Source: Octopus sinensis
Lineage: Eukaryota
Assembly: GCF_006345805.1 (NCBI RefSeq)
Contig: NC_043004.1
Location: 6,448,001 to 6,512,000, forward strand
Length of the DNA stretch: 64,000 nucleotides
Reading direction: 5' to 3'
Shown here: piece after piece, positions 33,400 to 46,572 of the stretch
Layout: the number at the start of each line of letters is the position of its first letter
Numbering within the stretch: the stretch's first letter is position 1
Program-made: the position numbers and the translations under genes
The notes under the pieces: model-generated
Databases searched by the model: none
What the model saw: the letters and a program-made list of their open reading frames with translations, nothing else
Told to the model about the DNA's origin: nothing

Positions 33400-34400
33400 A
33401 AAAAGAGCCATTAAGAATATGAAGGTAGGAAAAGAAGCTGGATCATCAGAGATAGTCACTAAAATACTGAAAATATCTAGTGATATCGAATGTGTTTTGG
33501 TTACTCCTGTATTTAATCAGATAGTGCAGAGATGTATTATTCCCAATCATTGGCATAACAGCAGAGTATGAGTTGTTACAAGGCTAAAAGTGATGCTTTA
33601 GAAATGAGTAAATCCAAACATTAAATTAATGTAATTATGAAAGAGACAGAGAGAATTATAGCAAAGTTAGTCAGGAAGAGAACTAGGTTAGACATGAGAT
33701 GTACTTTGGGTTTGTGCTATTCCTTGAAATTACCAATATCTTCTTAGTGAGGTATCTACAAGAAAATTTTTCTGCCAAGAACAAACCATTATATCTAGCA
33801 TTTATTGAGTTGAAATTGATCTTTGACCGAGTTCTATGCTTAATAGTTTGGTAGTTGCTGAGAAAACTTAGCAGTAGAGGAATGGCTTGTAAATGCTACA
33901 CAGACCTTGTATGAGAATATATTGGTGCCCTTGTTTTTAACTTAGCCTTCCAAGCCATAACAGAGGAGTTCAAGATTGGCTGCATGTAGGAAAAAAGTCT
34001 TGTGTGCTGACAACTTGGTTCTCAGATGAATCAATCAGAGGAGTAGAAGAAAAAATTCCTAATATAGAAGTAGCGTGTAGACCTAAAGACTATTTCAACA
34101 AAAATGGGGGAAAAAAAACAACAAAAAAAAACAATACACTATTAACAACTGAGAATTGTTCGTGCTCAATATGCAGAAAGGGAGTAGGGGTGGAAATGTG
34201 ACAAGGAATAAAGACTCAATTGCTCAGAAAGTTCATTTGTAGTAACTGATGGGTTTCATTAGCTTGGTGACCTAATTAAGAGTGGAGATGTTATGAAAGT
34301 ATGGTAGAGTGAGATCAGAGCAGAACAAGTTCAATAGGACATTACTATCCACCCATGACTAAACAATGAAGGTGTATGAGATTTGATTGTAGCAGAAATA
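33400..34400 (+). mobile_element. Old, heavily mutated RTE LINE RT fragment
   Basis: Remnants of K.GKA.G.S.I..E.LK, NKPLYLAF.E.K..FDRV and F.YLGD can be aligned to the 22-24 kb element. Confidence 0.6.
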
Positions 34401-35539
34401 TGAAGGTCAGGTGTACTTTTGGTCTCACGCTTGTCTTCCACACAAATACCTATTCTTCTTTTTCTGACAAAAAGCCTTTTACATCATTTTTGCTGTCTAT
34501 ATTGTCAATGCTACATATATGAGGTGGGTCTAAAACTCCTCTTAACATTTCCTACTTGTTGTTTAGTTCCCAAATCAATCATATTCCAGCCTCGACCATC
34601 CTATCTTGTCTTATATCTGTTCTTTTTTCGAATCTAGTGATTCTCTGTCTTTCTTTTTAAGATGGCAGGTTTTGATATGTGGAATATTTAGTAGCTATTT
34701 CTAGCAAGCTAGGCAACCTCATAGATGCTCCCTTGCTGACTTTTCAATTTCCGGTCATAGCAACAAATGGCTTGTGTAATTGATAAGAAAGAAGTGAAAA
34801 AAACCTCTTGTAGATCCTGTTGTGTCTGGGGAGAGTCATTCTCTTTCAGTGCCTTATAATTTAACACATTCACTGGTAAAATTTCCACTTATTTCGTTTT
34901 TATTTTTCTAAAATTTTCATTGCGTCTTGCAAACTTTCCAATAGTTTTGACTCTGTCTGTTACTCACACAATGCGTTCCTTTTTGTTTGTTTGTGTGCAT
35001 GTGTGTGGATCAGTATGTGTGTGTGTGTGTGTGCCTATACATGCATGTATGTATGCATGTTTGTGTATGCATGTATGTGTGTGTGTGTGTGTGGATATGT
35101 ATCTATTTATGTGTGTACATTTGTATGTATGTATTCTGCATATTCATGTGTTAAGACAACTAATCACTTGAAACTTCATTGCTACTGTCATTGAGTCATA
35201 ATGTCTTATCTCTCTAAGACACAGTGACGTAAAGCAAATCTCTCTTTTAATCTGTATTCATAGGAATTCAGTTCAATTCAACATTTTAAAACAATTAATG
35301 TCATTGCTATCTGCTGTAGTAACATGTTCCTTTTTTGTGAAAGCAAGGAGGCTTGTGACATTTGAAATAACCTATTTTGATATCAGCCACCGATTCTTTT
35401 AGGTATTGATTTAACACCGTTTGCTTTCGGCCAGTATTCAAACCTCAGAAGACATGAGGTTGGTTATAAAGTAAAATTCAATATCTTCAGTTCAGTTTTT
35501 GTACCAATCCTTGTTTATGGCCATGAATGTTAGGTAGTG

Positions 35540-35900
35540 ACTAAAATAGTATTGTGTAATACAAGCTGCCAAGTTGGAGTTCCTCTGAAGGATCTGTGGA
35601 ATAACATTACCCAACAGGTTGTGTAAGTTGGAGATCAGGGAATCTATCCAGGTCAAGCCTATGGACAAGTCATTAGAAAGTTGCTGGAAAGAATCCCAAG
35701 ATAGATTCTTCAAGCCAAGTCAACCAGTGGGAGACCTAGTGGTTGACCAAGAACAAGATGGTTGGATACTATCCATAGTCTTAGTTGGTCATGCTTGGTC
35801 ATCCAACCAGAAAGTCTAAGGATAGTTACTTCTGATAGTACCCTGTGGTGGAGGTGCTTGAGGACTCTAACCTCACAACCCTCACAGAAATAGTGGGTAA
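35540..35900 (+). mobile_element. Degenerate RTE-like LINE C-terminal fragment
   Basis: IQAAKLEFL*RI.G, EIRESIQVKP and GRP.G.PRTRWLD motifs. Confidence 0.5.
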
Positions 35901-36135
35901 AGAAGATGGATGGATGGACTATCTTCATCATGATTATCGCCACCATTTAACAGAGTTTGCACTATTTGTTATGACTCTTTTACATTCTGGGTTCTAATTT
36001 TGCTGAGGTCAGCGTCTTCTTTTGTCCCTTCGGGAGTCAATAAAATAAAGTAATGGTCAAATATGTGGGGTGAGAAAGGTAATATAATTAACCATTCACT
36101 CAACCTAATTTCTGGCTTATGTCTATGTAAGAAAT

Positions 36136-36331
36136 TATTACCTCGACCTTCACTAAGGTGGAGGTATTGTTTTCAGTCGCATTTGTTTGTTTGTCCATGG
36201 ACAAGATATCTCAAAAACTGCTGGATGGATTTGGATGAAACTTTCAGGGATGTTTGACCTCGTGACTGGCACAAACTGATTAGATTTTGGGATTGATCCA
36301 GTGCTGGACAAGAATTCTGGATTATTTTTCC

Positions 36332-36368
<37 letters not shown>

Positions 36369-36528
36369 AATTTTTGTGAGCTGTCAGGTTCATTTTTAGT
36401 ATTTTCATTTGTGAGGGCAGTCGAGTTTATTTCAGATATTCACATTTTAAAAATCATCTCTGGCTAATAGTTGAGAGGACGTTGGTGTTGCCTTAGCGGA
36501 GGTTTTACACTCTCTGAGTGCTCTTGTT
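36136..36528 (+). mobile_element. Helentron-associated (HINE/DINE-1-like) non-autonomous element
   Basis: attacctcgacc..taaggtggagg start, gtttgtttgtcc microsatellite, gatttggatgaaact, and a 3' ccttagcggagg...ctctctgagtgctcttgtt end. Confidence 0.55.
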
Positions 36529-36770
36529 ATTGTTATTATTATTATCAAGGTGATGAGCTGGCAGAATTGCTACTGTGCTGGATAAAATGCATAATGGCAT
36601 TTCTTCTGGGTTCAAATGCTGCCAAGGTCAATTTTTGCCTTTCATCCTTTTGGGGTCAATAAAATAAGTACCAGTTGAACACTAGAGTTGATGTAATCAA
36701 CTTATTCCCACCTTTGTGCCAAAATTTGAAACCGTGACTATTATTATTATTATTATTGTTATTGTTATTA

Positions 36771-37666
36771 TATGTTTGACTTTTGCTTTGTATTTGTACA
36801 AGTTGACTCCAAGTCTCACCCAGAGAACTCAAGAGACAAGTTAGAAGTTCATGTTGGTGTTATGACTAAGGTACCATATATTTGGTGTTGCACAAAGTAC
36901 TGTGCTAGAGAATGTCCAAGAAAACATGAGAAAATTATAAGTTTGTTTTAAGATTTGGGATTACATAGACAGTATTTTAAGTAGGATATAGGCAATTCCC
37001 ATGAGCACTATTTTTTGAATTTCTGCCATTTTTGGATTTCCTGATGCCTGAGCTATGATTCCCAGGGTACCTATGACAACAGGTATTGTTTTAGTCTTGA
37101 GGTCTCACATTTTGCCAATTTCTATTTCAAGATCTTTATACTTGCTCAGTTTCTGGTTGGTATCGACAGATACATTTATGTCGATTGGGACAGTCATTAT
37201 TATTATTATTATATTATTATTATTATTATTGTTATTGTTATTATATGTTTGACTTTTGCTTTGTATTTGTACAAGTTGACTCCAAGTCTCACCCAGAGAA
37301 CTCAAGAGACAAGTTAGAAGTTCATGTTGGTGTTATGACTAAGGTACCATATATTTGGTGTTGCACAAAGTACTGTGCTAGAGAATGTCCAAGAAAACAT
37401 GAGAAAATTATAAGTTTGTTTTAAGATTTGGGATTACATAGACAGTATTTTAAGTAGGATATAGGCAATTCCCATGAGCACTATTTTTTGAATTTCTGCC
37501 ATTTTTGGATTTCCTGATGCCTGAGCTATGATTCCCAGGGTACCTATGACAACAGGTATTGTTTTAGTCTTGAGGTCTCACATTTTGCCAATTTCTATTT
37601 CAAGATCTTTATACTTGCTCAGTTTCTGGTTGGTATCGACAGATACATTTATGTCGATTGGGACAG

Positions 37667-37698
<32 letters not shown>

Positions 37699-37700
37699 TT
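36771..37700 (-). mobile_element. Two tandem copies (473-bp period) of a 5'-truncated R4/Dong-clade LINE 3' end within (TAA)n
   Basis: Minus strand KLSKYKDLEIEIGKMWDLKTKTIPVVIGTLG...IQKIVLMG.AYIL.K.LS*, the RLE-domain tail typical of R4/Dong. Copies start at 36771 and 37244 and look identical by eye. Confidence 0.8.
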
Positions 37701-38929
37701 TATTTTTATTATTTAGACAGTGAGCTGTTATTTCATCCATTCTTATGTTCTGAGTTCAAATTCTGCTGAAGTTGACATAGTCTTTAATCCTTTTGGGGTC
37801 GATGAAATAAGTACCCAGTGATACACTGGGGAGTGGGGATGGGGGTCGATGTAAATGACTAGTCCCTTCCCCCAAAATTTCAGGCTTTGTACCTTTTGTA
37901 GAAAAGATTATTATTATTGTTGTTGTTGATATCATGGTCATCACCAACTTGGTAATAATGTGCAACAACTTCTTTCGCCATCATATTACCACACAGGAAA
38001 TCAGGCAGTCTTCCTTCTCCACCTCCACCTCCTCATCACCACCATCATCATCAGTAGCTGCAGTAGTGGGGCGGGGGACATAGTATTTAGTGGCTGTACT
38101 AGTATTTCTTTCCAGTATTTTAATTCCTTGTAATCTTTATGCAACAAATAAACCTGTAAAAACGGATCTTGATTGCTGATTATTTGTAAGATAAATTTTA
38201 TTTATCTATCACAGTTTCTAGTTTACATAACTTCTTCACTAAGAAATTTCAGTTCATTGTCACAATGATTTCAGTCTATATTTATGAGCCAATGAAAAAT
38301 CCTTTCCTGGTTGCTCAGCCTGCAGTCAACAAATCGCGGACTAATTTCTTCAATGAATATGAGATAAGCCAAGACATGGTACCACAAAACTTGACTTAAA
38401 AACTGACTTAACAGATCCTATCAGGTGCTGTTTTTAAATTAAACATGACCTGGGCCAATCTTTGGCCGTGTAACTGAAATGCCTATCATCATATATTTGT
38501 TTGATCAGGGTAAAAAAAAAGCAACTTTTTTCCTCATCTGTGACCATTTTATCTACCTTACTGTAATTTGAGGATATGCCCTAAAACCTCTTCATTACCA
38601 CCCTTCTTTTTCTTCCATTTGTGATAGTCATGTATCTCCTCTACAGTAAGACACCTATTCTTGTCCCTTTATCTCTCATCATCTGGCATAAAACCACATC
38701 TTTCTATACTACTTCCCACTCATTTGAAGGGTCATCTTGTGAATTGGTGATCTCAGTGCCACATAAAAAGCATCTAGCACACTCTTTAAAGTTTCTGTCT
38801 ACCAAATTCACTCATAAGGCTTTGGTCAGCCCGAAGCTATGGTAGAAGACACTTGCCCAAGGTAACACGCAGTGGGACTGAACCCAGAACCATGTGGTTG
38901 GTAAGCAAGCTACTTACCACACAGCCGCT

Positions 38930-39360
38930 CCTAGCAGCATCTGTGGAATGTATTTAAGGCATATTTCCTGGCTCAAATCTTTCCACTTCATTCTTCTTAA
39001 TACATTTGTTCCCTCTACTGCTCTTTTAATTCCTTTAGCCTCCAACACCTTTTCAACCATATCTCCTCCTGTATTGAGGACAGGTATCTTGCTTCATCCT
39101 TCCCTGAAGTCATCATCCTTGGTGACTTCACTTACAATTCCTTATAACTCTCTAACGCATCCCATACTGATGCTACTGCCAAAGACACTGAATCTCTTAC
39201 AATTCTCCACTTCCTGCATCAGCATGTCTCATTTCCTACACACATTGTAGGCTGACACTCAGCTAACTCCAAACACCCTTGATTTCTTTTTCATCTCTAA
39301 ACCCAGTCTCCACCAAGCTGTAACTGTCTCTACACCTTTGAGGTCATCTGACCTCTACAT
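38930..39360 (+). mobile_element. Degenerate LINE (CR1/Jockey-type) endonuclease fragment
   Basis: VIILGDF and TPNTLDFF...TPLRSSD motifs in shifting frames. Confidence 0.5.
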
Positions 39361-39859
39361 CAAGTCCTACTCTCTGTACCTTTATATCACTTCAAGTCAG
39401 CTGGCTGGTTAGTTTTATACCAACTATCCCTAGCAGCATATGGGATTCTCACTCCCGACCCACCAGAAACAGCTACCAGGTGACTGAAACTATCCTTTTA
39501 GACATGTTCAAATGGTGTCTTTTACGTGCCACCTGCACAGGAGTCAGTCCAGCGGCACTGGCAATGGCCTCACTTGAATGTTTTGTTCACATTCCACTGG
39601 CACAAGTACCAGTAAAGCGACACTTGTAACAATCACACTCAAATGGTACTTTTTACGTGCTACCGGCATGGAAGCCAGACAGCTGCTCTGGCAAAAACAT
39701 CTTCACACCATACCTTCCTTAGATATGAGCAGCACACAACTAGAACTCTTACAATTTCTCCAAAGTTGGACTTCATTATCACTGAGGATCTTTCCTGACA
39801 AAAACACATTCTCAACATGGATAGAACCTCATCTCAATGACTAGCTCTTTTCTTCCGAG

Positions 39860-40190
39860 CCAGAAGATACTTATTTTTTTATTAAGTCCTAAGACTCCTG
39901 AATGTAGTGGAAGCCCTTTGTGTGTGTGTGTGTGTGTGTGTGTGTCCGCGCGCGCGTGCGTGTTTGTGTATGTGTGTGTGTGCTTGAGATTGTGTTTGTC
40001 CCCTACCACCACAAGACAACCTGTGTTCGTTTGGTTACATACCTGCAACTTAACAGTTCAGCAAAAGAGACTGACAAAACAAGTACCAGACTTAAAATAA
40101 GTCCTGGGGCTGATTTGTTCAACTAAACCCATCAAGATGATGCCCCAGCATGACCACAGTCTAGTGACTGAAACAAATAAGACAAAAGAA
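39860..40190 (+). mobile_element. SINE family A, 3' part
   Basis: gaagccc...(tg)n...cagcaaaagagactgac...gactgaaacaaataa. Confidence 0.7.
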
Positions 40191-40214
40191 AATAATAAAA
40201 GAAATAATAAAAGA

Positions 40215-40800
40215 CAAGCAACTGAGACCTTTGGAGATATGCTGTACCTGAGAAGACCCACAAAGCCAAGTGAGATTGTAGTCATGGCCAATGCCAGTGT
40301 TGCATAACTGGTCCATTTAAAAGCACCCTTCAATTGCCGGGCAATATACCTTGCTTGTGAAGACCTGTTGAACTGAGTGAAATTGTAGTTTTGCAACACT
40401 AATGCTGCCTGACTGGCACATGTGCCGGTGACACGTAAAAAGCACCATCTGAGCGTGACATGCCAGTATTACCTGACTGGCACCTGTACTAGTGACATGT
40501 AAAAAGCACCATTCAAGCATAACCAATGCCAGTACCACCTGACTGGATCCCATGCCAGTGGCACATAAAAAGCACCATTTAAGCATGGCTGATGCCAGTG
40601 CCACCTGACTAGCTTCCATACCGGTGGAACATAAAAAGTACCCACTACACTCTCAGAGTGGTTGGCTTTAGCAAGGGCATCCAGCTGTAGAAACCATGCC
40701 AAATCAGATTGGAGCCTGGTGCAGCCTCCCAGTTTGCCATCCAACCTATACCAGCATGGAAAGCAGACATTATATGACGATGATGATGATGATGATTGTT
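40215..40800 (+). mobile_element. RTE LINE C-terminus and 3'UTR
   Basis: gacctttggagatatgctgt...; four cacgtaaaaagcaccat-type modules; (gat)n tail. Confidence 0.8.
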
Positions 40801-42374
40801 GCCAGGAGTACCAATGAAAGCATTGGTATTGATGTACAAGACGTAATAGTGTTCAGGAATAAATTTATAATGGTTTCATAGAAAACCTGAGGCTTGTTTG
40901 AATTGCAGTACTGTTTACATAGTAAAATGCTTTAGAAAAGTTCATAAATGTTATTCCAGCATGGTTTTTTCTCTTGTGTCAGCTCTCAATACATATTCTT
41001 TATTTATATCTTTAATTATAGTATTGCTTAATTATAGTATACCTTTAATTATAGTATTACTTAATTATAGTATATCTTTGATTATAGTATTTTTTCAGTG
41101 GTACTTCTATTTACCCTGAAGCCATACTAAGAACCTAGAATTAATTCAATCATTTTTGTTCTTCATTGTGTGAGAAGCACCTAACTTGAGACTGTCCTGG
41201 AGTTGAGAAAGTAAGTCATTGATGTTGTGAATGGTGACATAAGGTCTTTGACAAACCTACCTGATTGATTGACCGAACAATTTATCAATCAATCAATTAG
41301 TCAAATGGTTAAATGTTAATGAATTGACTAATTATAATAAAAGAAGTGAAATAGAATCAATGTGTGTGTTTATTATTGGCATAATGACCCTCCCGGGATA
41401 CAACAAAAACTTGATTAAAGATGTTGTACTTTTACACATGATTGATAATTTGATGTGATTTTTCTAGAACACTACTGTTTCCTTTATTTGGGATTAATAC
41501 TATGCTGTTATAGTGTTTCTCCATTCTTCTGATGGATAATCTACAAGGATTATGGAATACATAATTTGCAAGAGAAGTTTGGCATGGTGAAAAATTTGGA
41601 AGTGCATCTCTGAAAATTCCATCTGATCCAACAACTTTTCCACAATCAGTCAAACTTGTCGTTCTGTTTAATTCTTCATTATTAATTAGTATAGTAAATA
41701 TTTGATAAGTATTAAGTATTAGAAATTATTGGAACACTTAATAACTTTAATTCTATCATGCTGTATTCCTGGTATAGTGGGAATAGGCTAAACATCATCT
41801 CTGCTAGATTCTCGGTAAAACTATGATGAATAACTCATTTAGAAAAAGATGTGGCTGATTCTGTTCATTAGTTTGCCTGCAACCATTAATCTTGAGCTGT
41901 TTATGCAACTATTTATATTTTTGCTTAGAAACCCAGGTGGAGGGTAATGTTAGACACAGGGGCCTGGGTCTGAGAGGGTTAACATGTAAAACATGAAAAA
42001 CTCTGTTGCCTCTCATTAATTTTCTCTGGTCAACCTTTCCTGAGGAAGGACCCTGTCTGAATTGGATTTTCCACTCCCCAACTTAGTTTTTTCTCTATAC
42101 AAGTCTTGTTGATGTAAGACCAACACCAATCTCTTTAGTGTCTGTTTGACCGCATGAATCTTTCTCAATGGAGTCTGTCATCCTAGTTGAGGTTTATTTT
42201 GTTTTCTTGATAGTGACCTTGTCAATCATCTGCATTGTTTCTGCATTGTAATGTTGTTGTATTTCTCTTCTTCATTCAAACATAGTTTGTTGCTCAATAC
42301 TTTGAGTTGTTGAAGATGACATAATTTCTGAGTTGTTTTGTTTGAATTATTTTAGAACATTATTTACATTTGAT

Positions 42375-42662
42375 GGGCATATGGCGTAGTGGTTAAGAGC
42401 ACGGGCTACTAACCCCAAGATTTTGAGTTTGATTCCAAGCAGTGACTTGAATAATAATAATAATAATAATAACAACAACAACAATAACATCAAAAAATAC
42501 CTTAGGAATGAGAACCCAGGTTCGAAATTTCTCCAAGACACCTGATGAAGACTGGAGGGTATATCAGCCGAAACGTTGTGTTAACAACAAACAAGATGGG
42601 GACAAATATCCGTCAAATGTACATAATGTACATAATTACTCATCTCTTAAATATAGAACTGT
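42375..42662 (+). mobile_element. Composite element: tRNA-like Pol III head, (AAT)n, hammerhead-bearing 3' module
   Basis: A box tggcgtagtgg (42382-42392), B-box-like gagtttgattcc (42425-42436), (aat)n at about 42450-42487, hammerhead at 42537-42582. The 3' part is shared with 14618-14694. Confidence 0.65.
42537..42582 (+). ncRNA. Minimal type I hammerhead ribozyme (Penelope-type), slightly degenerate
   Basis: Stem I GACAC/GUGUU; CUGAUGA; stem II (A)GACUGG...UCAGCC with one A-C mismatch; GAAA; palindromic ACGU stem III; GUU triplet. Confidence 0.65.
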
Positions 42663-44694
42663 ATTTCAGAACTGCTTCTCTATAAACATTGAGTTTGCTT
42701 TGATGAGGTTTTGGAACTTTTTATTTTTCCACAGTCATCACCATCATAGCCCTCATCATCATTTTAATGTCCACTTTTCCATGCTAGCATAGATCAAGGA
42801 AAATTTTGTTGAGACAAAGTGTCTATAGTTAGATGCCCTTCCATTCTTCAACCCTCGCCTGTTTCCAGGTAAGGTAATATTTTTTCAAGACCAAATGTGT
42901 TTCTATGAAAGACTGGGAATAAAGGACACTGCTTGATGGAGACATTTGTTTAAAACCATAACATGATGTCATGGCAAGGAGAAAGTAATGCACACACACG
43001 CACGTGCACACACACACACACAAAATAGGCTTCTTTTAGTTTCTATCCACCAAATCCACTAACAAGACTTGGAGCTTGAGCAGAAGACACTTACTAGCCC
43101 AAGGTGCTACAGAGGTGGATTGAAACTAGAAACATGTGGTTGGGAAGCAAACTTCTTACAATCACACCTACACCTATATGTGTCATGATGTGTCATATAT
43201 CAATTCTGTAAATTAATACAAAAAAATGAAAAAAACCTCCCTGTAAGCTTAAATAAAAGGAACAGGTAATCATTGTATGATCTCTTAGGACTTGCATTAG
43301 CCACAGTATTTTAACTTTGGTCGCAAGCAGTTTCCTGCGTTGATGTCTAACAATACAATCCAACTTGGCTTTCTTGTTGTGATATCACACATTTATTTCA
43401 TTTTAAGTTGAGAAAAACTTTCTCAGACAAACTAAAGAAAATGAAGGAGAATGTAATATTGTTGACTCATTACATTTGTAGAAATTTAATCTGGAGGTGG
43501 GTTGAAATTTTTTTTTTTTTGTTAATATTTATTGTTTAGAGTAGTTTTCACTTTCATGTCTCTAGCTATTTTTAGAATGTCTCAACAAGATATCTTATCT
43601 TGAGAAAATCATTATGCCAATAATAATAACAACACATGCACAGGTTCAATTCCACTTCTTTCATTTGTTTAACTTATTGGTTAAACAGCCAGGGTTTTTT
43701 TTTTATGTCAAGGTTCTTTCATTGCCATTCGTAACCTTCTCAGCCTGTATTGAAGGTTGCTATTGCCTATCTGAGATCTGGTCCTATGACCTAATTACAT
43801 CAACAAGATATTTTATTGACACATGATCTATAATTGCAATCAATAATCTCATTTGTATTAAAATATGTTGCAGTTGGCATTTAACAACAAATAATATGAG
43901 TGCACATTTGTGTCAAGTGGTTGTAGAACTTGTGGACCTTGGTATAGAACGAGTCCTGTTTGAGACACGGCAAAAAAGTGAACACCTCCATAGTTTTATA
44001 TATTTTCATATTGATTATATATTTGTGTATGAAGGTGCATGGCTTAGTGGTCGGAGTGTTTGGTTCATGAGTGTACAGACATGAGTTTGATGCCCAGTAG
44101 CATGTGTCCTTGAGCAAGACACTTTATTTCACATTGCTCTGGTCCATTTAGCTGGCAAAAGTGAGTAGTATCTACATTTCAAAGGGTCAGCTTTGTGATT
44201 GTCTGTGTAACACTGAATCTCCCCGAGAACTACGTTGACCCTTTTGTTACCATATTTCTTTTGAGATGCTCTGTTCTTCTTTCAATTAATTTTAAATATA
44301 ACAAAGAATTTAGTAAAATAACTTAGTTATCATTAAACTAGTGTTAGGAACATCAATTGTGACTAAGTTTTGATGGCAGATATTAATTCAGAACTTCTTA
44401 AAACAAGACATTTGTACTATAGGGCCAGAGGTGATTTCAACCAGGTTGGTATCAAAAAGGTTAAAGGTATGCTTGTCTGTGGAGTACTCAACCACTTGCT
44501 CATTAATTTCATGAGCAGACTGTTCTGTTAATCACCTCAACTGGAACACTACTCATCATCATAACCAATGATGTACCAGTTTTATATATTTGTGTATATG
44601 GTGAAGCTGGTGAACTGTGTCTCTGTATTTGATTGGTGTAGTAACTAATAGTAGAAGACAAAAGGGTTTTTTTTATGATAAGAATGCTTTGATT

Positions 44695-44930
44695 AAGGCA
44701 GTGAGCTGGCAGAAACGTTAGCACGCTGGGCAAAATGCTTAGCGGTATTTTGTCTGCCATTACATTCTGAGTTCAAATTCCGCCATGGTCGACTTTGCCT
44801 TTCATCCTTTTGGGGTCAATAAATTAAGTACCAGCTATGCACAGGGGTCAATGTAATCGACTTAATCTCCATGTCTGTCCTTGTTTGTCTCCTCTATGTT
44901 TAGCCCCCTGTGGGCAATGAAGAAATAAGA
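44695..44930 (+). mobile_element. SINE family B, full-length
   Basis: ggcagtgagctggcagaaacgttagcacg...gactttgcctttcatcc...tttagccccctgtggg. Confidence 0.85.
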
Positions 44931-45009
44931 ATACTTTGATTGGCTTGTCACCAGTGTAATGAAGATATACGATTAAGTCAAATGCTTCTTTTGGCTCTCA
45001 CCACACATA

Positions 45010-45680
45010 TACTCAGCCGATAGTTAGAAATAAGGTAAAGGATAACTCGTCCAAAAAAATAACATTCTTCCACTGCTCTAGGGACCAATTCTGTAGGTTT
45101 TTACTCCACTCTAAACACTTTGCAACATTTGTTTTTGAAAGTAGTGGTTTTATGATTGCAGCCCTCCCATGAAATCTGGCTTTGTGCAGCTCCCAGCGAA
45201 CAGTTTTTTGTGGAAACTGGGTTCTTGAGGTGGTCATTAAGCTCTGCAGTAATTTTGGGAGCTGTACTTTTGTGATCCTTTCAAACAATTCACATTAGAT
45301 TCCCTATCTGAAAGTTTGGGTTTTCTTCTGGAGTTTTGTTTCAATGAGGAGGTTTTTACTCTCTTTCTCAAAGGCTGTCATTACTTTCAAGACAGTACTT
45401 CTTGATACACCAAACATTTCGGCTGTTTTCGTTATGCTAGCACCTGCCATATGAGCACCAACAATTTGACCTCTTTGAAAGTCTGATAGATCTGTCATTT
45501 TAATGAATTTTAATTACCTTTTTCTGATGATATTTGAAAAGAAACAGCAATTTTAGCAAAACATTAATCAACAATAATAATAAATTTAAAAAAAACATAA
45601 AAATAAACAGGCTTTTGACGGTTTTATAGATATTTCAAAATTATGATGCTAGGTGTTTCCATTATTTTGTCCAACCCATG
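45010..45680 (-). mobile_element. Tc1-family fragment (left TIR and transposase N-half)
   Basis: TA-catgggttggacaaaataatggaaacacc end at 45680; DLSDFQRGQIVGA (HTH) and WKNVIFLDELSF. Confidence 0.8.
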
Positions 45681-45708
45681 TATGTGTGTATACACACACA
45701 CACACATA

Positions 45709-46572
45709 CAGGGTACATTGAAAGAACTGTCGTCTAAATTACACTAAAATGAAAATAACACTGACATCTCATTTTAATAGATATATTACCAAAACTACAT
45801 AAAAACATCTAGAAATACTAAGGAGTAAATTTATTCAATAAAATCACCATTGGCTTTAACCACGGCCTCCAGAAAACTTCAGAATCTCCTGCAACTCTTC
45901 TGGACAGTCTCCTTATTTAAATTGCTGAATGTTGCTATAATCCTTGCCTTCAGTTCATCTTTGGTGTTACAAGGAGTTTTGTTGATCTCTCGCCCAACTG
46001 CGCCCCACACATAAAAATCAAGGGGATTGCAGTCTGGGGAGTTAGGTGGCCAGATGTTAGGGGTGATGTGGTCGCAGAAATTGTCTGACAGCCATGACTG
46101 GGTTCTCCTGCTTGTGTGGCACGGTGCAAAGTCCTGTTGCCAGACATAGGGTCTTCCAGCAGCCATCCTCTTGAGCAAGGGCAGCCATATCTCCTCCAGA
46201 CACTTGCTGTAGGCCTCCGTGTTGAGTCCAAGGCTATGTGGGAAGATGAATAGAGGTATAATGTCACCAGCACTGGTAATCACTCCAAACACCATGATGT
46301 AGACTGGATGTTTGACTTTTATCACTCTTGGTACATGTTTTGGGGACAATCTGTCCTCAGATTGACACAAACACTCTGAAATGCTTGTATTGGAGCTTCT
46401 GGCATGAATACCAAGTAGTACAGCATGTCGTTTCCAAATTTCTGGCAGAGTGAATCACAGCATGGTGCTGTTTTTCTTACCGACAGTGCCCAACTGACTC
46501 TACCATAATGTGTAGTTGACAAAATCAAAAACAAACGTGCACACTCAAAATTGAAATATAAAATGCACCCTA
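45709..46572 (-). mobile_element. Internally deleted DD37D (maT-like) transposon
   Basis: Ends cagggtacatt and tagggtgcatt(rc); WQQD...WPPNSPDCNPLD with 37 residues between the second and third D. Confidence 0.8.

Noticed and set aside
38215-38399. Phase-1 open frame after a plausible acceptor as clarin exon 2
   Set aside because: No TM segment or clarin motif and no good donor before the stop. Candidates at about 5977, 11728 and 51146 hit stops quickly.
41432-41653. Protein-looking 73-aa minus-strand ORF
   Set aside because: TTG start, no splice signals, and no family I can recognise.
42375-42450. tRNA gene (also the other SINE heads)
   Set aside because: A/B boxes are present but I cannot form a full cloverleaf, and the sequence continues into repeat bodies.
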